The notes beneath the pieces were generated by a model. It saw nothing but the letters and a program-made list of their open reading frames with translations. It did no database searches and was not told where the DNA came from. A stretch of DNA of 64,000 nt, from assembly GCA_046563655.1 (NCBI GenBank), contig CM102289.1:5952001-6016000 (forward strand). Direction: 5' to 3'. Each line of letters starts with the position of its first letter. Positions within the stretch are counted from its first letter, which is position 1. The position numbers and the translations under genes were made by a program. Below, piece after piece: positions 61,643 through 64,000 of this stretch. Source of the DNA: Yuukianura sp. NJ FZ-2021. Taxonomy: Eukaryota.

Positions 61643-64000
61643 GGATTTTGGATGCTCAACAAATGTTTTCTTTTGGTTTTGTTCAAAACTTCAAATTTTT
61701 AAAAAGATTCACATCGTTAAACACAGTCACACGTTTTTTCGTAATTTGACACGGGTTTGTCCTCTTTTTTTGTTTTGAAGAAATTAGAGAACGTTTTGAA
61801 GTTCAATTTTCATTCGTTTAAAAGAAAGTGGTTTGTTTTGATTAAAGAGGAAAACTTCATAAGAAATTGGAGAATGAATGGGAAAAAAAAATCTTATCCA
61901 GGATTTCAAAAAACACTCGCACTTTGTGTTTTTTTTTGTTCCAATTAGGATTTCGAATTCATTTTCAAAACAGAACAAACGACGCTTTTTTTTCTCTAAA
62001 GAGGCATCTGGAACTCTTTGTGTTGTTTTGAAGTTAAGAATTCACGAGACATTTGAACTCTTTTCTAACACGTTGGCACTATTTAAAAAAACGAGTCGTA
62101 GATGTGTTTAAAACAGAAATGACTAATGATGTGTTTTTCAAGTCACTCAAGTTTTTTAAAAATAGGGCTCGAAGAAGAAACGTTTTTTAACACGTTTTTT
62201 TTTAAAAAAAAAACGGATATCTCTGTTTTGCTCGCTAGTTTTGTCGCTTGCGATTACAAAACTGAAAAACAAATCGGATCGATTTCTTCAAAAAAAATGT
62301 CGTTTTTGGTGTTGATTGTATTGCTGGTGATGTCAAATAAAGCAGTGTACAAAACGTCAGTTTTTTTTTAAAACTGACTTTTGGAGAAAAACATAATGTC
62401 AAAATTAGTACTTTTTGTTCCAAAAATCGATTTCTCACAGTTTCCAATCTTCAGCCGAAAACTAACGGCTTATTCGCCTAATTTGTTTTACTGGAGAGAT
62501 CCAAATGACTTTTCAGTTGTCGCTGGAACAGACTGATTTATGATTTTGAGTTTTTTCTGACTTCTTTGGAAACTGCTTTTTCTAAGTTTCAGAAAAGCTG
62601 TAAGACGATTTTTGAAATTAGAGTTTACATCGACTCTTCCTTTTTTTCAGTTAAAATGTCCTTGACGAATCGGATTCCACTTTTGGATCTTGTCTTGGAT
62701 TTCGAGACAAAATCGGATTTAGTCTTTCTCTGTCCAAATTAGGCGAGTTTCTCAGAAGGACTTTCACCAACTGGCCTCCAATTCTGGAAACGGTTAGAGA
62801 CAAAGACTTACATGGAAAATCGCTTTTCCACAACTTTCACCCGGCGGACGAACAGATTTGCAAAATTTTCTGTTCTGACAGAATGATTTGAATTCAAAGA
62901 CGATTCGCTAGAAACATTCAAATGCAAGAATTTTGAAAAAGAAATGAGCTGGAACGGTCACTGTCAAGAATTTTTTTTAGACGCAAAAGACTTGGGAACC
63001 CAAGAATTTCTTCTTCCGTTTTTCTTCAATAAATTCTTCTAGGCTTTTACCAACTTTCACTCTAAATTTTTTTTCTCGACTTTAGTAGAAATCTTTGGCA
63101 GATTGAGATCTTATTGTATTCAAAATTTCGAAATTGTGCAATACAAAAGAGCGCGAAATGAAACCACCACTTCAGCTCAAAGTTCAACCAGAACTGGACG
63201 GGAAGGGAGTCGAAAATTCTCAAGTCGGCGCACCGCTCAGCACATTTTCCTAAGCTAAGAGGAAAGCCATGGCACTGGAGTCTGAATAGTTACTCCCTCT
63301 GCTACATCCCAGCATTTCACAACATTCAGAGGAGTCCTCGGATACTGAGCTTAGCATATCCCAGAGAAAAGAAAAAATTCGAACGTTTCCCGCACTTCTT
63401 TTATGCGCCCTTTTCTTCTTTGAGTGACTTGGACAAGTAACCCATCAACATAAAAATCCAATCGTCTTAAAACCGGATGGAATTACACTTTTACTTTCTC
63501 TTTTTTTAAATCTTCGTCCAAACCAGGCTCGATGTCTTTTTTTGATTTTTAATGTTATGTTACACCCAAAATTTGAATAGTATCCAGAAATGGTTCGAGG
63601 CAAAAGTTAAAATATGAAATTCTCAATGCTACACAATCGGAATTCGCACGTATGGAAAATGGAAATTGAAGAGGAAAAACGGCTATTCAGGAATTCATAA
63701 ATTCATGGACTCGGGGAAATTAGACATGGAGCAACCATTGAAAATGTTAGGAGAACGACTCCATTTTCCTCCGCAAAATGACTTTTGAGTGTTGCTATAA
63801 AATTTGAATAACATGCAGGCAAAGAGAGTTTTTTTTAGTGAAAGTATTATATGAATTGTAATTGAAAGGGCAGCACAGACAAGTGTGCAAAAGTGTAATT
63901 TTGCAAATTGAACACGATTTGTTCAAATTATTATTGCAACTTTGCAATAAAAGTGAAACCTAAGAGGGGAATCAATTGCTTGACTTTTCGTCGTCTGCTG

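Noticed and set aside
1..64000. tRNA, rRNA, CRISPR, transposase or reverse transcriptase
   Set aside because: None recognised by eye. Small ncRNAs cannot be excluded without a covariance-model search (Infernal/Rfam).

Overview
AT-rich eukaryotic genomic DNA with GT-AG introns. It is probably an arthropod (dpr genes, TTAGG-like motifs), but the species cannot be determined from the sequence alone. I reconstructed 11 protein-coding genes by hand; every spliced model is a multiple of 3 with no internal stop. In order: Hrb27C/DAZAP1-like hnRNP (+); PC1/3 (PCSK1)-like prohormone convertase (-); a 58-aa Pmp3/UPF0057 proteolipid that the ORF track missed (+); and two tail-to-tail dpr-family two-Ig genes. 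Each dpr gene carries an antisense tandem array in a large intron. The + dpr holds four small secreted proteins made of a 26-28 aa four-Cys repeat that resembles fungal CBM52, all ending in G or GK (possible amidation). The - dpr holds two paralogous GPCRs of ~820-843 aa, each joining a ~480-aa LRR-like ectodomain to an FMRFamide-receptor-like 7TM domain. These two arrays are the best candidates for undescribed biology. There is also a 622-bp decayed TIR element with a 5-bp TSD and a few small repeats. Family assignments come from motif recognition; no database search was run.
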